Source of the DNA: an uncultured Gammaproteobacteria bacterium
GTDB lineage: Bacteria; Patescibacteriota; Patescibacteriia; UBA1558; 2-01-FULL-52-15
NCBI GenBank assembly: GCA_964402565.1
Contig: CAYOCJ010000001.1
Coordinates: forward strand, 160,079 to 224,078
Reading direction: 5' to 3'
Length of the DNA: 64,000 nucleotides
Shown here: positions 9,438 to 18,307 of the stretch, one piece after another
Layout: each line of letters starts with the position of its first letter
Numbering within the stretch: the first letter of the stretch is position 1
The notes under the pieces: generated by a model
Databases searched by the model: none
Told to the model about the DNA's origin: nothing
The model's input: the letters and a program-made list of their open reading frames with translations, nothing else
Made by a program: the position numbers and the translations under genes

Positions 9438-9481
9438 TGGCGGACCGCCCTTTGGGCGAGTCTCGCCTGAGCAAAGCTCAA
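9438..9481 (-). repeat. Cluster of GC-rich triloop hairpins ending in a second TCCGCCA, directly 3' of tRNA-Ser(TGA)
   Basis: Minus strand reads TGAGC-TTT-GCTCA, GGCGA-GAC-TCGCC, CGCCC-AAA-GGGCG, then TCCGCCA. Confidence 0.6.
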
Positions 9482-9572
9482 TGGCGGAAGGGGCGAGATT
9501 CGAACTCGCGATACCGTTTTGCGGTATGACAGTTTTCAAGACTGTTGCCTTAAACCACTCGGCCACCCTTCC
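9482..9572 (-). tRNA. tRNA-Ser(TGA)
   Basis: GGAAGGG...ACAGT CTTGAAA ACTGT, long variable arm, GTTCGAATC and encoded CCA. Confidence 0.95.
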
Positions 9573-9655
9573 TCAAGCCACTATATGTATCAGAAATGAA
9601 AAAATAGTTCAAGCCTTGTCAGTTAGCAGTATGCGCGATAATAGTACACTGTTCT

Positions 9656-9680
9656 GTATGAAAATACTATGCATATCGTC
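9656..9680 (+). promoter_or_regulatory. Putative ECF promoter (one mismatch)
   Basis: GTATGA-N15-CGTC upstream of 9725. Confidence 0.4.
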
Positions 9681-9724
9681 GTCTTTGTTTACCAGGCATG
9701 TATTTAAAAAACTAAGAAAAATAT

Positions 9725-9946
9725 ATGAGTAAATATGTTTTTACCTGTCCATGCGGCGAAAGCATGTCGGTCAATGAGGAATCAAGAAAAGATGCGATTG
9801 TGAAAATGAAAGCTCTCATGGATAAAGAGCGCGCGAAAGAGCACATTAAAGCTAAACATTCTCATGATGCAGATGGTATGACGGTAGGCCATATCTACGC
9901 CTTGATCGAACAGCGCTTAGCGCCAACATCAAAGGTGCCGGCATAG
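9725..9946 (+). CDS. Small putative metal-binding protein (DUF1059-like)
   Basis: FTCPCG and HIKAKH motifs. Confidence 0.6.
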   Translation: MSKYVFTCPCGESMSVNEESRKDAIVKMKALMDKERAKEHIKAKHSHDADGMTVGHIYALIEQRLAPTSKVPA

Positions 9947-9948
9947 GG

Positions 9949-10623
9949 TTACCGTCTCCTGTCAGAGGTAATAGCACCGTCTTTGAGGGAAATGACTCTG
10001 CCGGCACGTGCGGCATACTCTTCTTCATGGGTGACCATCACGATGGTTTGTCCTTCTCGATGTAGGTCGAGGAATGCATCCATGACAACGCGGGAGTTTT
10101 CTGAGTCCAGGTTTGCAGTTGGTTCATCGGCGAAGAGAACTTTCGGATGATGAGCGATGGCTCGCGCGATAGATACGCGCTGCTGCTGGCCGCCGGATAA
10201 TTGACTCGGAAGATTCTGCTTCTTATCAGCCAGGCCAAGGCGTTCTAATGCGATGAGCGCCTGCGCCTCGGCTGTTTTGCGCGAGTGTCCTTGCATCAGG
10301 ATAGGCAGAGCTACGTTTTCAACTGCCGTTAACTCAGGGAGGAGAGCATAATCTTGAAAGACGAAGCCCATTTTATGCAGTCGCAGTAATGTTTTGTCTG
10401 CCTGGCTGAGATGAGTTACTGATGAGCCGTCGAAATAAATTTCTCCTGAGTTCGGCTGGTCCAGAAGCGACATTTGGTACAGCAAGGTCGATTTTCCTGC
10501 GCCGGAAGGACCGATGATGGCCACGAATTCCCCGTCTGTTATTTCCACAGTAAGACTCTTCAGGACGATAAGTTCAAGTTCACCGCTGCCGTATTTTTTT
10601 AATAGTTCTTTGACCTGTAACAT
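9949..10623 (-). CDS. ABC transporter ATP-binding protein (LolD/MacB-type)
   Basis: GPSGAGKST, LSGGQQQRV, ADEPTANLD and VTHE motifs. Confidence 0.93.
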   Translation of the reverse strand: MLQVKELLKKYGSGELELIVLKSLTVEITDGEFVAIIGPSGAGKSTLLYQMSLLDQPNSGEIYFDGSSVTHLSQADKTLLRLHKMGFVFQDYALLPELTAVENVALPILMQGHSRKTAEAQALIALERLGLADKKQNLPSQLSGGQQQRVSIARAIAHHPKVLFADEPTANLDSENSRVVMDAFLDLHREGQTIVMVTHEEEYAARAGRVISLKDGAITSDRRR

Positions 10624-10627
10624 AGTA

Positions 10628-11926
10628 TTATCGCCCCAAAATAGCATCCAGTGTATTTTTACGTACAATGAGTTTTGCCGGCACATAGCCTGCGATGAGC
10701 GTGACGGTAATCAGGATCACAATGCGCAATGCTGCACCCTGCGGTGTGACAACCAAGATCCCATCTGAGAACGGAAAGTCGATAGGATGGGCGGCAAAGA
10801 AGGGTTTCAGAAAACCGAAAGTCAGGAGCGCGCCGATCCCTGATCCGATGATGCCATAGAATAATGCCTGCAAGATATATGAGAATTGTACAGCGCGCGG
10901 GCTGATGCCTACGCCTTTCATGATGCCGATGAATTTACGCTTGGTGACTGCATTGATAAAGACAACGATAAAGATGGTGATCGTCGCAACGACGAGAGCG
11001 ATAGAGGACAGTGCATTGCCGAGTACACCCATGGTCGTTTCTATATCCCGCAGGAATGAAGGAACTGCCTGTGCAGATGTTTGAACGCGCGCCGCATGCG
11101 TACCCATAAACGATTTGATCTCAGCGACCAGCTGCGGTGCATATGCCTCGTCGGTGCGAATGGCTATTTCCTGCAAATCCAGCTTATTCGCTGGCAATAG
11201 ACGCTTCACTTCCTGATCAACGGTGAAGGCCCGGGTTGAAACTTGGTCTACCTTTGTTTTTACGATGCCCTTAATAGTGAAATCCTTGCTTACTGGCAAT
11301 CCGTCTTTTTGAGGCAAGGTAACGCGGACGCGGCTTCCCACATCGACATTGTCGAGAAGCGTAATACCGGGGATATTAGCATCTGCGAATGAAGAGTACT
11401 TTTTCAGCATATTCGCTCCGATCAGGATATAACCCTCATCACCCGGCTCCAGAGTTTTGCCGTGGATGATGAATCGGGAGAATCCAGTGACTGCTTCTTC
11501 TTTCAATGGATCAAATCCGACCAGAGCGAGATTTGCCCGGTTAGCGGTTTCATTTTTTTTCGGCAGCTCATTCAGCGTGCCCAGAATATCAACGCCTACT
11601 GCATAGCGCGGTGAGAGCGAAGTGACATGCGGATGGTGCTCGAGGAACGTTACAAGATTTTGAGAGTCTTCTATATAATCATGGCCGTCGGCAGACGTGA
11701 CTATCACTTCACCGCTATAGCTGGTCCTGAATTGAACGAAAGAGCCGGTGATAAGGCCGAGGAGTAGACCCGATACGACGACCAAATTGAGAAAGGTAAG
11801 GACCATAATGAAAATAATAAGAGCCGTCGTGCCTTTATTCGAGCGCCGCAATTGGCGAATGGCTAAAAACCAGCCGACTCGCATGGCATTGATATATTCG
11901 GTTCTCAATTGACGCAGTTTTTTCAT
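10628..11926 (-). CDS. ABC transporter permease (MacB/LolE/FtsX-type)
   Basis: N-terminal TM, large extracytoplasmic loop, three C-terminal TMs, IGIMKGVG motif. Confidence 0.88.
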   Translation of the reverse strand: MKKLRQLRTEYINAMRVGWFLAIRQLRRSNKGTTALIIFIMVLTFLNLVVVSGLLLGLITGSFVQFRTSYSGEVIVTSADGHDYIEDSQNLVTFLEHHPHVTSLSPRYAVGVDILGTLNELPKKNETANRANLALVGFDPLKEEAVTGFSRFIIHGKTLEPGDEGYILIGANMLKKYSSFADANIPGITLLDNVDVGSRVRVTLPQKDGLPVSKDFTIKGIVKTKVDQVSTRAFTVDQEVKRLLPANKLDLQEIAIRTDEAYAPQLVAEIKSFMGTHAARVQTSAQAVPSFLRDIETTMGVLGNALSSIALVVATITIFIVVFINAVTKRKFIGIMKGVGISPRAVQFSYILQALFYGIIGSGIGALLTFGFLKPFFAAHPIDFPFSDGILVVTPQGAALRIVILITVTLIAGYVPAKLIVRKNTLDAILGR

Positions 11927-12000
11927 GATTTTTTGAGGAAACTAGGCAGTAGAAGGAGTATAGAGAATTATTAGATTTTTGCCTAGTTCTAGACTTTTTT

Positions 12001-12025
12001 GTAAGAACGGGGATTATGTTGCGTC
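12001..12025 (+). promoter_or_regulatory. Putative ECF promoter
   Basis: GTAAGA-N15-CGTC upstream of 12064. Confidence 0.65.
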
Positions 12026-12063
12026 ATCTTGATCTGTACATAACTAAATAATCCAAAAAAAAT

Positions 12064-14067
12064 ATGGAAAAACTGAGAGTTTTCTCACAAATGAGCAGGG
12101 CTACCAAAGCCTTGGTAGCCGGCATTACCTTGGGTATCACTGCCTTATCAATAACATGGGCGGCAGTTACCGTTACGTCTGGTCCTACGGCGCTCTTCGC
12201 ATCAGCACAAACCGTGCCTGCTATGAGCCAGCCGCTAGGGCTTTTTAAATTAGATTTGAAACAGGATGCTGGCGAGAATCTCGGCTCAGTCACGGTACAT
12301 GTGAATAATGTTGCGCCTGCCGGAGTTGTCTCATCAGATATTGCAAATGTTTCGGTCTATAAAGATAATGGCGACGGTGATTTCAATCCGGCATCTGATG
12401 TGCTTGCTGGGTCGCAGACCGCAGTGGCAATTGATGGAGACACCACGATCACCACAGCAGCAAATAATAGTGTCAGCACAAGCACGACAGTTTTCTTTGT
12501 CAGTATGCAAACTGGCAGTACCTGGAGCAGCACCACGACTCCTGATATGATCACGGTCACCTTCCCGGCAAATGGCTTGAACATGGATAATCCGACCTCG
12601 ACTCCTGCCGTGACCGCAGCGACAACGCCGGTCATCCAGGCTGATAGCGCAGGTCCGGTGCTGACGAGCGTCATTGCTGCAGATACGGCAGTAACGCCTA
12701 CTAAAACAGCCGGTGACACCTTAGTATTTACTTTCAACGAAGCAACGAACAAGCCTGCGATCACCACTGCAAATGTTGATACCGTACTTTCAGTGAATAA
12801 TGGTCACTCATTGAAGAATGGCGGAGCGGTGCTTGGCGCCACTGCATGGAATGCTGGCGGTACCGAACTCACTCTCACATTGAATGATAATGGATTCGGT
12901 GTTCCGACTGTCCTGGTCGGAGATATGGTGGCAAGCATGGGTACAATGATCACTGATGCTGTGGGCAATCCAGCAACCGGATCAGCGACGATTACCGGAA
13001 CATTCGGTGATATGTTCGGCTCGACTGTTTCGACTCAAGTTCGTAATGGAAGCAATGCGGATGTCACGAATACAGCCCTCTCCTTCGGCACAGCGGTCCA
13101 TGATTACGCTACCGTTAACGGAGTAGGATCCACGACAACGGCAACAGGAACGGTCACCTTCAACTTGTATGGTATGAGCAATTGCACAGGCTCAGCACTG
13201 AGTAGCGAACAGATGGCTCTTTCAGGCGGCAATGCATCATCGAATGCAACAACGACACTCGCCGCGGGAAGCTATGGCTATAAAGCAAGCTATGCTGGCA
13301 ATGAGATGTATTCTGCATCGAACGGTGTCTGTGAACCCTTCAGCGTGGTTGGCCCTACAACGAATCTGACGCCTACCATACAGTCGAACATTCAGAACTC
13401 AAGCAATACAAACATCGCTGGTCAAACAGTGACGACAGGCACCGTTGTGCATGACTATGCAGTAGTATCCGGCAGCAATGGAACGCCGACTGGATCTGTG
13501 GACTTCATGCGCTATGCGAACGGCACGTGCTCAGGAGATCCTTCAGTCACAGAAAGCAATATCGCTTTGAACGGCATTGGGGCTGCAGCTTCGGGAACCT
13601 ATACGACGGTGGCAGGCATGCTCTCATATCGCGTACATTATGATGGCAATGGCACATACTTGCCGGGAGACGGAGCTTGCCAATCATTGACTGTTCAGGA
13701 TGTGGTACCGCCAACTCCGACGACACAGTGCGAGAACGGATTGATCAATGGGAGATTGTATATGGTCATGGGCAAGAGCAAGATATGGTTAGCAGCGGAT
13801 TGTCGATTGAAAGAATTTAGAGGCAATGCAATCGGCCATGCGAAGGGTAAGAAGTTCCAGGATATCATTCCATTACCGACCCAGGGCGTCGATGATAACG
13901 GAAATATCGTTCAAACCTTCACCATTATCATGCTCGATCATAAGCCAGTAACCATTCATTCTGATAGTGAGATCAGGGAGAAACACGAGAAGACAGAAAA
14001 GCACGAGAATGAAGGCCATGGGAATAAAGGCAATGGCAATAAGCATGAGGATGGCAATGATGATTAA
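12064..14067 (+). CDS. Secreted or surface Thr/Gly/Asn-rich protein with Ig-like repeats
   Basis: Signal peptide; two repeats (GTxVHDYAxV...TGxVxF..Y...C.G...Y.G...Y....C); charged His-rich tail. Confidence 0.8.
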   Translation: MEKLRVFSQMSRATKALVAGITLGITALSITWAAVTVTSGPTALFASAQTVPAMSQPLGLFKLDLKQDAGENLGSVTVHVNNVAPAGVVSSDIANVSVYKDNGDGDFNPASDVLAGSQTAVAIDGDTTITTAANNSVSTSTTVFFVSMQTGSTWSSTTTPDMITVTFPANGLNMDNPTSTPAVTAATTPVIQADSAGPVLTSVIAADTAVTPTKTAGDTLVFTFNEATNKPAITTANVDTVLSVNNGHSLKNGGAVLGATAWNAGGTELTLTLNDNGFGVPTVLVGDMVASMGTMITDAVGNPATGSATITGTFGDMFGSTVSTQVRNGSNADVTNTALSFGTAVHDYATVNGVGSTTTATGTVTFNLYGMSNCTGSALSSEQMALSGGNASSNATTTLAAGSYGYKASYAGNEMYSASNGVCEPFSVVGPTTNLTPTIQSNIQNSSNTNIAGQTVTTGTVVHDYAVVSGSNGTPTGSVDFMRYANGTCSGDPSVTESNIALNGIGAAASGTYTTVAGMLSYRVHYDGNGTYLPGDGACQSLTVQDVVPPTPTTQCENGLINGRLYMVMGKSKIWLAADCRLKEFRGNAIGHAKGKKFQDIIPLPTQGVDDNGNIVQTFTIIMLDHKPVTIHSDSEIREKHEKTEKHENEGHGNKGNGNKHEDGNDD

Positions 14068-14093
14068 TAAGAAAGTAGACGTGTAATCAAAAG

Positions 14094-14127
14094 CAAAAAC
14101 CGCTTCGGGCAGCCGAAGCGGTTTTTG
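14094..14127. terminator. Bidirectional intrinsic terminator
   Basis: caaaaaccgcttcgg-gcag-ccgaagcggtttttg. Confidence 0.85.
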
Positions 14128-14150
14128 TAATTGATAGTTTTGAAATGGAG

Positions 14151-14226
14151 TGGTGCGCCCGGCAGGAATCGAACCTACGACCTCATGGACCGCAACCATG
14201 CGCTCTATCCCCTGAGCTACGGGCGC
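14151..14226 (-). tRNA. tRNA-Arg(GCG)
   Basis: GCGCCCG...CATGG TTGCGGT CCATG...GGTTCGATTCC...CGGGCGC ACCA. Confidence 0.93.
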
Positions 14227-14318
14227 AAACCTATTGATATGTAAGCGGTAATTAAAACGGACCTCGACGAGGCAGGACCACCATATACTATTTTGTTGAC
14301 TTTGACAATGATTGTCAA

Positions 14319-14843
14319 CTAAAATTTGAATAGCCGCCCAAAAAAGTCACTGGTCGGCTCTTCTTCTTTCTCAAGATCTTCGGGAAGGAAGTTCAATAAA
14401 ATTTCACGGATTTCGTTCGGATTGACATCGCCCAGTGGCACGCCGATATGCGGGCTGAAAACGCTTTTAGGATCAAAGTAAAGAGTCTTCACCACGGGCG
14501 GCTCATAGATAATAAAAAAGTTATTGAGCTCGGTATACGCATAGAAATCCGGACCAGCGATAAGCCCATCCTCGGTAATCGCAAAGTTATGAAAACCTGG
14601 TCCGCGCATTTCGCTGACGACGAATATGAGTATGGTGAGGGCAACGATGACTGCCAGCAAGTAATTTTGGTCGAAGAACGAATACCCGAGCAACAGGATC
14701 ACAATAATCGCCGCTAGAATATACCACCATCTGCCGCGTTCATGTTCATCATGTGAATAAAAATCCCATTCGGCCAATACTTCGCCGTATTTTTTCGATA
14801 TCTCGGGTGCGCTTTCACCTGGTCTATTCTTATCTTCTGCCAT
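14319..14843 (-). CDS. Conserved two-TM membrane protein (DUF5673-like)
   Basis: W....H...ER..WW, two TMs and a PH-like C-terminal region. Confidence 0.7.
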   Translation of the reverse strand: MAEDKNRPGESAPEISKKYGEVLAEWDFYSHDEHERGRWWYILAAIIVILLLGYSFFDQNYLLAVIVALTILIFVVSEMRGPGFHNFAITEDGLIAGPDFYAYTELNNFFIIYEPPVVKTLYFDPKSVFSPHIGVPLGDVNPNEIREILLNFLPEDLEKEEEPTSDFFGRLFKF

Positions 14844-14877
14844 GGAAACAGTATAGCATATTTTTCCTATAAAATCA

Positions 14878-14906
14878 TTGACATCGAGCCATGCGTATTG
14901 TATTGT
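14878..14906 (+). promoter_or_regulatory. Sigma70-type promoter for the GIY-YIG/tRNA-Ser unit
   Basis: TTGACA-N17-TATTGT. Confidence 0.6.
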
Positions 14907-14942
14907 AAGTAAGCTTTTTCCTTGTAAAATCGAGGAAATTTA

Positions 14943-15006
14943 CACGGAGAGGTGGCTTGCGCCCAAGGCGCACCCGCCTCGGGCGGGGAGTTTAGTCAGA
15001 AAGGCA
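14943..15006 (+). repeat. Duplicated tRNA-Ser(GCT) 5' end interrupted by two triloop hairpins
   Basis: cacggagaggtggct (14943..14957) equals 15280..15294; followed by tgcgcc-caa-ggcgca, cccgcc-tcg-ggcggg and a D-arm-like remnant. Confidence 0.8.
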
Positions 15007-15019
15007 ATGAAAAGCGATT

Positions 15020-15277
15020 ATGTACTATGTCTATATCCTCCATAGCAAAAAGATAGGGAAACGATACATTGGCCAGACATCAAATCTGAAAAATAGAGTG
15101 AAGCAGCATAAAAATGGTAACGCTTCATTCACAAGCAAAAATGATGACTGGAAACTCATTTATTACGAAGTGTTCCTATCAAAACGTGATGCGCTCGAGG
15201 AAGAAAAATTCTTAAAAAGTGGTAAAGGTCGAGAAAGATTGTCCTTTTTACTTCAAAATACAATTGATATCATATAG
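15020..15277 (+). CDS. Stand-alone GIY-YIG nuclease family protein
   Basis: YYVYIL...RYIGQT.NLKNRVKQH...YYE...ALEEEKFLKSGKGR. Confidence 0.92.
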   Translation: MYYVYILHSKKIGKRYIGQTSNLKNRVKQHKNGNASFTSKNDDWKLIYYEVFLSKRDALEEEKFLKSGKGRERLSFLLQNTIDII

Positions 15278-15282
15278 TTCAC

Positions 15283-15373
15283 GGAGAGGTGGCTGAGTGG
15301 TCGAAAGCACCTCACTGCTAACGAGGCAGGGCGTAAAAAACCCTCGCGGGTTCGAATCCCGCCCTCTCCGCCA
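15283..15373 (+). tRNA. tRNA-Ser(GCT)
   Basis: GGAGAGG...CCTCA CTGCTAA CGAGG, long variable arm, GGTTCGAATCC and encoded CCA. Confidence 0.93.
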
Positions 15374-15425
15374 GATATGTTTTTATCGGGCTACTCAAAT
15401 GCTATAAATCAATAAAACAATATTT

Positions 15426-16028
15426 ATGCAAACATTTTTTAATTCAAATCTCTTTGTTGGCTTGGCTACCATCATCACCGGAGCAGTGGCTATACTGGTT
15501 TACTTTAAACAGAAAAAAGATTTCAAAGTTCAGGCCGCAAGAGTCCTTCTGATGGAAATCAGAACTGCGGAGGAGCGAATTGCTCAGATAAAAGATAAAA
15601 TCCAGAATAATTTCACTAATGATTTCCCTTCAGTTTTCCCAACAAAGAATTGGAAGACTTATTCCCATTTATTTATTAGTGATTTTGATCAAGACGAAAT
15701 TAAAGCGATAAGCTCTTTCTACGATTATGGTGATTTGATCGAGGAATTTGCAAAAAGAAATAATGATTTCTTCTGGGTAACGACTGAAGAGCGCGCTCGT
15801 GTCGTCCAACAGAAACTGGCTGATATAGTTTTTAAAGCAAAAGAGCCAGCAACGTCTCCTGTTGATATAAGCACTCGCAAGCAAACTCTAAACGAGTTTA
15901 CTAATGATCCGTATTCATACACTCCTCAAAAGACCTTGGAGGCAATAAAGAGTTACACAGAAAAAGTCGGCACAATAACCACCACAAGTGCTGGTATTAA
16001 GTTAAAAAAAATAGCGAAGTTGAAATAA
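15426..16028 (+). CDS. Hypothetical protein with an N-terminal TM (AT-rich cargo gene)
   Basis: 200-aa ORF, visibly AT-richer than the core genes, lying between two copies of the tRNA 3' end. Confidence 0.75.
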   Translation: MQTFFNSNLFVGLATIITGAVAILVYFKQKKDFKVQAARVLLMEIRTAEERIAQIKDKIQNNFTNDFPSVFPTKNWKTYSHLFISDFDQDEIKAISSFYDYGDLIEEFAKRNNDFFWVTTEERARVVQQKLADIVFKAKEPATSPVDISTRKQTLNEFTNDPYSYTPQKTLEAIKSYTEKVGTITTTSAGIKLKKIAKLK

Positions 16029-16045
16029 ACTTGTCGCGAGGCGAT

Positions 16046-16064
16046 AATCCCGCCCTCTCCGCCA
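16046..16064 (+). repeat. 19-bp duplication of the tRNA-Ser(GCT) 3' end (att-like)
   Basis: aatcccgccctctccgcca equals 15355..15373; preceded by hairpin ttgtcgc-gag-gcgataa. Confidence 0.9.
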
Positions 16065-16096
16065 TTAGTAAATTCATAGGAATTTTTTTTAAAATC

Positions 16097-16714
16097 ATGC
16101 AGCGTCCCTGGGAATCATTTTTTAATGCAAAGATTAAGAAAATTTTTTCTGAAAAAAAATCGATCATCGATATAGGGGGAGGCCTCCGGGTGCTGCAAGA
16201 CAGAGGAAACCGCTACAACCCTGATCGCGAATGGATACGGCCATTTCTTTCGCAGGTCGATTACAAAATTCTTGATCCAGTCCCTGATTTCAAGCCAGAT
16301 ATCATCGGCGACATTCATAAGCTGCCTCTTGAGAGCAACTCAGTTGATGCCTTGATCTGTATTGCAGTCTTAGAACATGTCGAAAATCCGATCCAGTCGG
16401 TCGCAGAAATGCATCGCGTTTTGAAGCCGGGCGGCTACTGTTTCATCTATGTGCCGTTCCTTTTTTATTATCATGCAGAACAGGGCTACTACAAGGACTA
16501 TTGGCGGTTCACCAAGGATGCCATGCAGTACCTTGGCAAAGATTTTCAGCACGCTGAGGTTCAGAATGTCCGGGGAGCGCTGGAAACATGGTTAAAAAAC
16601 AGTCCGTTAGGAAAGATACAGCTATTGTCTCATGGGGCTTTTTTGCTCGATCGCTTGACGCATAAAGTCCAAAGCAAACAAACAAGCGGCTATCATGCTT
16701 TTTTCATAAAATAG
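16097..16714 (+). CDS. Class I SAM-dependent methyltransferase
   Basis: IIDIGGG, GDIHKLPL, AVLEHV, RVLKPGG and DYWRFT motifs. Confidence 0.88.
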   Translation: MQRPWESFFNAKIKKIFSEKKSIIDIGGGLRVLQDRGNRYNPDREWIRPFLSQVDYKILDPVPDFKPDIIGDIHKLPLESNSVDALICIAVLEHVENPIQSVAEMHRVLKPGGYCFIYVPFLFYYHAEQGYYKDYWRFTKDAMQYLGKDFQHAEVQNVRGALETWLKNSPLGKIQLLSHGAFLLDRLTHKVQSKQTSGYHAFFIK

Positions 16715-16743
16715 GCCGAGACCGTTCGTGAAAGGAAGAGTAT

Positions 16744-18306
16744 ATGGAAGCTATTACGCCAAAAACTATCTTGATCACCGGGGGAGCTGGGTTCATAGGC
16801 TCACATCTGTGTCGAAAATACGTTACCGCCGGGCACAAGGTCATTTGTGTCGATAATTTACAAACGACAAACTCAACGGATACCATCAGCGATCTGCTCT
16901 TGCGCAGAAATTTTACCTTCATCAAGCATGATATTATCAAGCCGATACCCGTCAGAGAACATATTGATTGGATCTTTAATTTGGCCTGCGCAGGATCCTA
17001 TACAAGCTATCAATTCGATCCGGTGCATACGGTGAAGACCAATACCGTAGGCATGCTGAATGCGCTGGATCTTGCCCGCGTGAACAATGCACGGATCATG
17101 CAGTTCTCAACGTCAGAAATTTACGGTGATCCGCTTGAAAGCCCGCAGCGTGAGGAGTATCGCGGGAATGTAAATACGCTGGGGCCGCGCGCTTGCTACG
17201 ACGAAGGCAAACGGGTCGCTGAGACCTTATGCATGGATTATCATCGCGAGTATGGCGTTGATGCAAAGATCATTCGCATTTTCAATACCTATGGGCCAAG
17301 CCAGGATCCAAATGACGGCAGAGTAGTGACCAATTTCATCCTGAAAGCGCTGAGCAATGAAAATCTTATTGTCTACGGTGATGGCGGCCAAACCAGGAGC
17401 TTTCAGTATATAGATGACCTGATAGAAGCTGTGGATCGGATGATGCGGAAAGATAATTTCCAGGGACCGGTGAATCTTGGCAATCCCGGAGAGATAACGA
17501 TGAAGGAGTTAGCAGAGAAAGTGATCAAGCTCACGAGAACGAAGTCAAAATTAGAATTTACTGATCAGGCGACCGATGATCCGAAGCGGCGCTGTCCGGA
17601 TATTACTTTGGCAAAGAAAGAGCTTGGATGGGAACCGAAGGTTGCTCTTGAGGAGGGTTTGAAGAAAACGATCGAGTATTTCAAGGCCGTGAAATTGCCG
17701 GAACGAAAAATTCTGGTGGTCGCGACAACATACTATCCCGAGATCGGGCCTGCTGAGCAGGCATTGCATGAATTGACGCAGGCTATGCCGGGCACGGAGT
17801 TTCATATCATCACTACAAAACTGGCAAAGGACAGACAGGCTATAGAGCAGATGGGCAATGTGACTATTTATCGCATTGGCCTTGGCACCAAGCAAGATAA
17901 GTATCTGTTGCCGGCATTGGGACTGAAACAAGCCCTGAAGCTGTATCAGGAACATGAGTACCGATTCGTGTGGTCGGTCATGGCAAGCTATGCTGCCATG
18001 GTCGCCTGGGGGTTAAAAACGATACATCGAGATATCAATTTTCTGATGACGTTCGATGGGAGCGAAGTAGCGACCAAAACATCGTTTAAGAAAAAGTTTC
18101 TGCTGCCGTTATCGAAAAGGTTGCTTCGTAAGGCAGATTCTGTATATTTATCAGATGTGACGCAGGAACAGCAAAGCTCGGTCTTTACAGAAGATACAGA
18201 GACCTCGGTCATCTCCAAGGAAAGCACCAGTTTCGTCAATCAGGTGCGCTATACCTATGCCAACCTGCTCAATAAGCAGCAAAAAAAATTAGCCAGACCA
18301 AAATAA
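16744..18306 (+). CDS. UDP-glucuronate decarboxylase-like NAD-dependent epimerase fused to a GT4 N-terminal domain
   Basis: ITGGAGFIGSHL, STSEIYGDP, CYDEGKRVAE and DDPKRRCPDI; the last ~200 aa resemble the N-terminal half of 18868..20073. Confidence 0.88.
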   Translation: MEAITPKTILITGGAGFIGSHLCRKYVTAGHKVICVDNLQTTNSTDTISDLLLRRNFTFIKHDIIKPIPVREHIDWIFNLACAGSYTSYQFDPVHTVKTNTVGMLNALDLARVNNARIMQFSTSEIYGDPLESPQREEYRGNVNTLGPRACYDEGKRVAETLCMDYHREYGVDAKIIRIFNTYGPSQDPNDGRVVTNFILKALSNENLIVYGDGGQTRSFQYIDDLIEAVDRMMRKDNFQGPVNLGNPGEITMKELAEKVIKLTRTKSKLEFTDQATDDPKRRCPDITLAKKELGWEPKVALEEGLKKTIEYFKAVKLPERKILVVATTYYPEIGPAEQALHELTQAMPGTEFHIITTKLAKDRQAIEQMGNVTIYRIGLGTKQDKYLLPALGLKQALKLYQEHEYRFVWSVMASYAAMVAWGLKTIHRDINFLMTFDGSEVATKTSFKKKFLLPLSKRLLRKADSVYLSDVTQEQQSSVFTEDTETSVISKESTSFVNQVRYTYANLLNKQQKKLARPK

Positions 18307-18307
18307 T

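Noticed and set aside
9415-9732. 105-aa ORF (and the similar 13873..14199 ORF)
   Set aside because: Both are spurious translations across tRNA genes
14302-14318. Perfect palindrome ttgacaat-g-attgtcaa
   Set aside because: Single occurrence; it could be a terminator or promoter overlap, and no regulator can be assigned
16031-16096. N-terminal extension of the methyltransferase ORF
   Set aside because: It runs through the hairpin and tRNA-end repeat; ATG 16097 is more plausible
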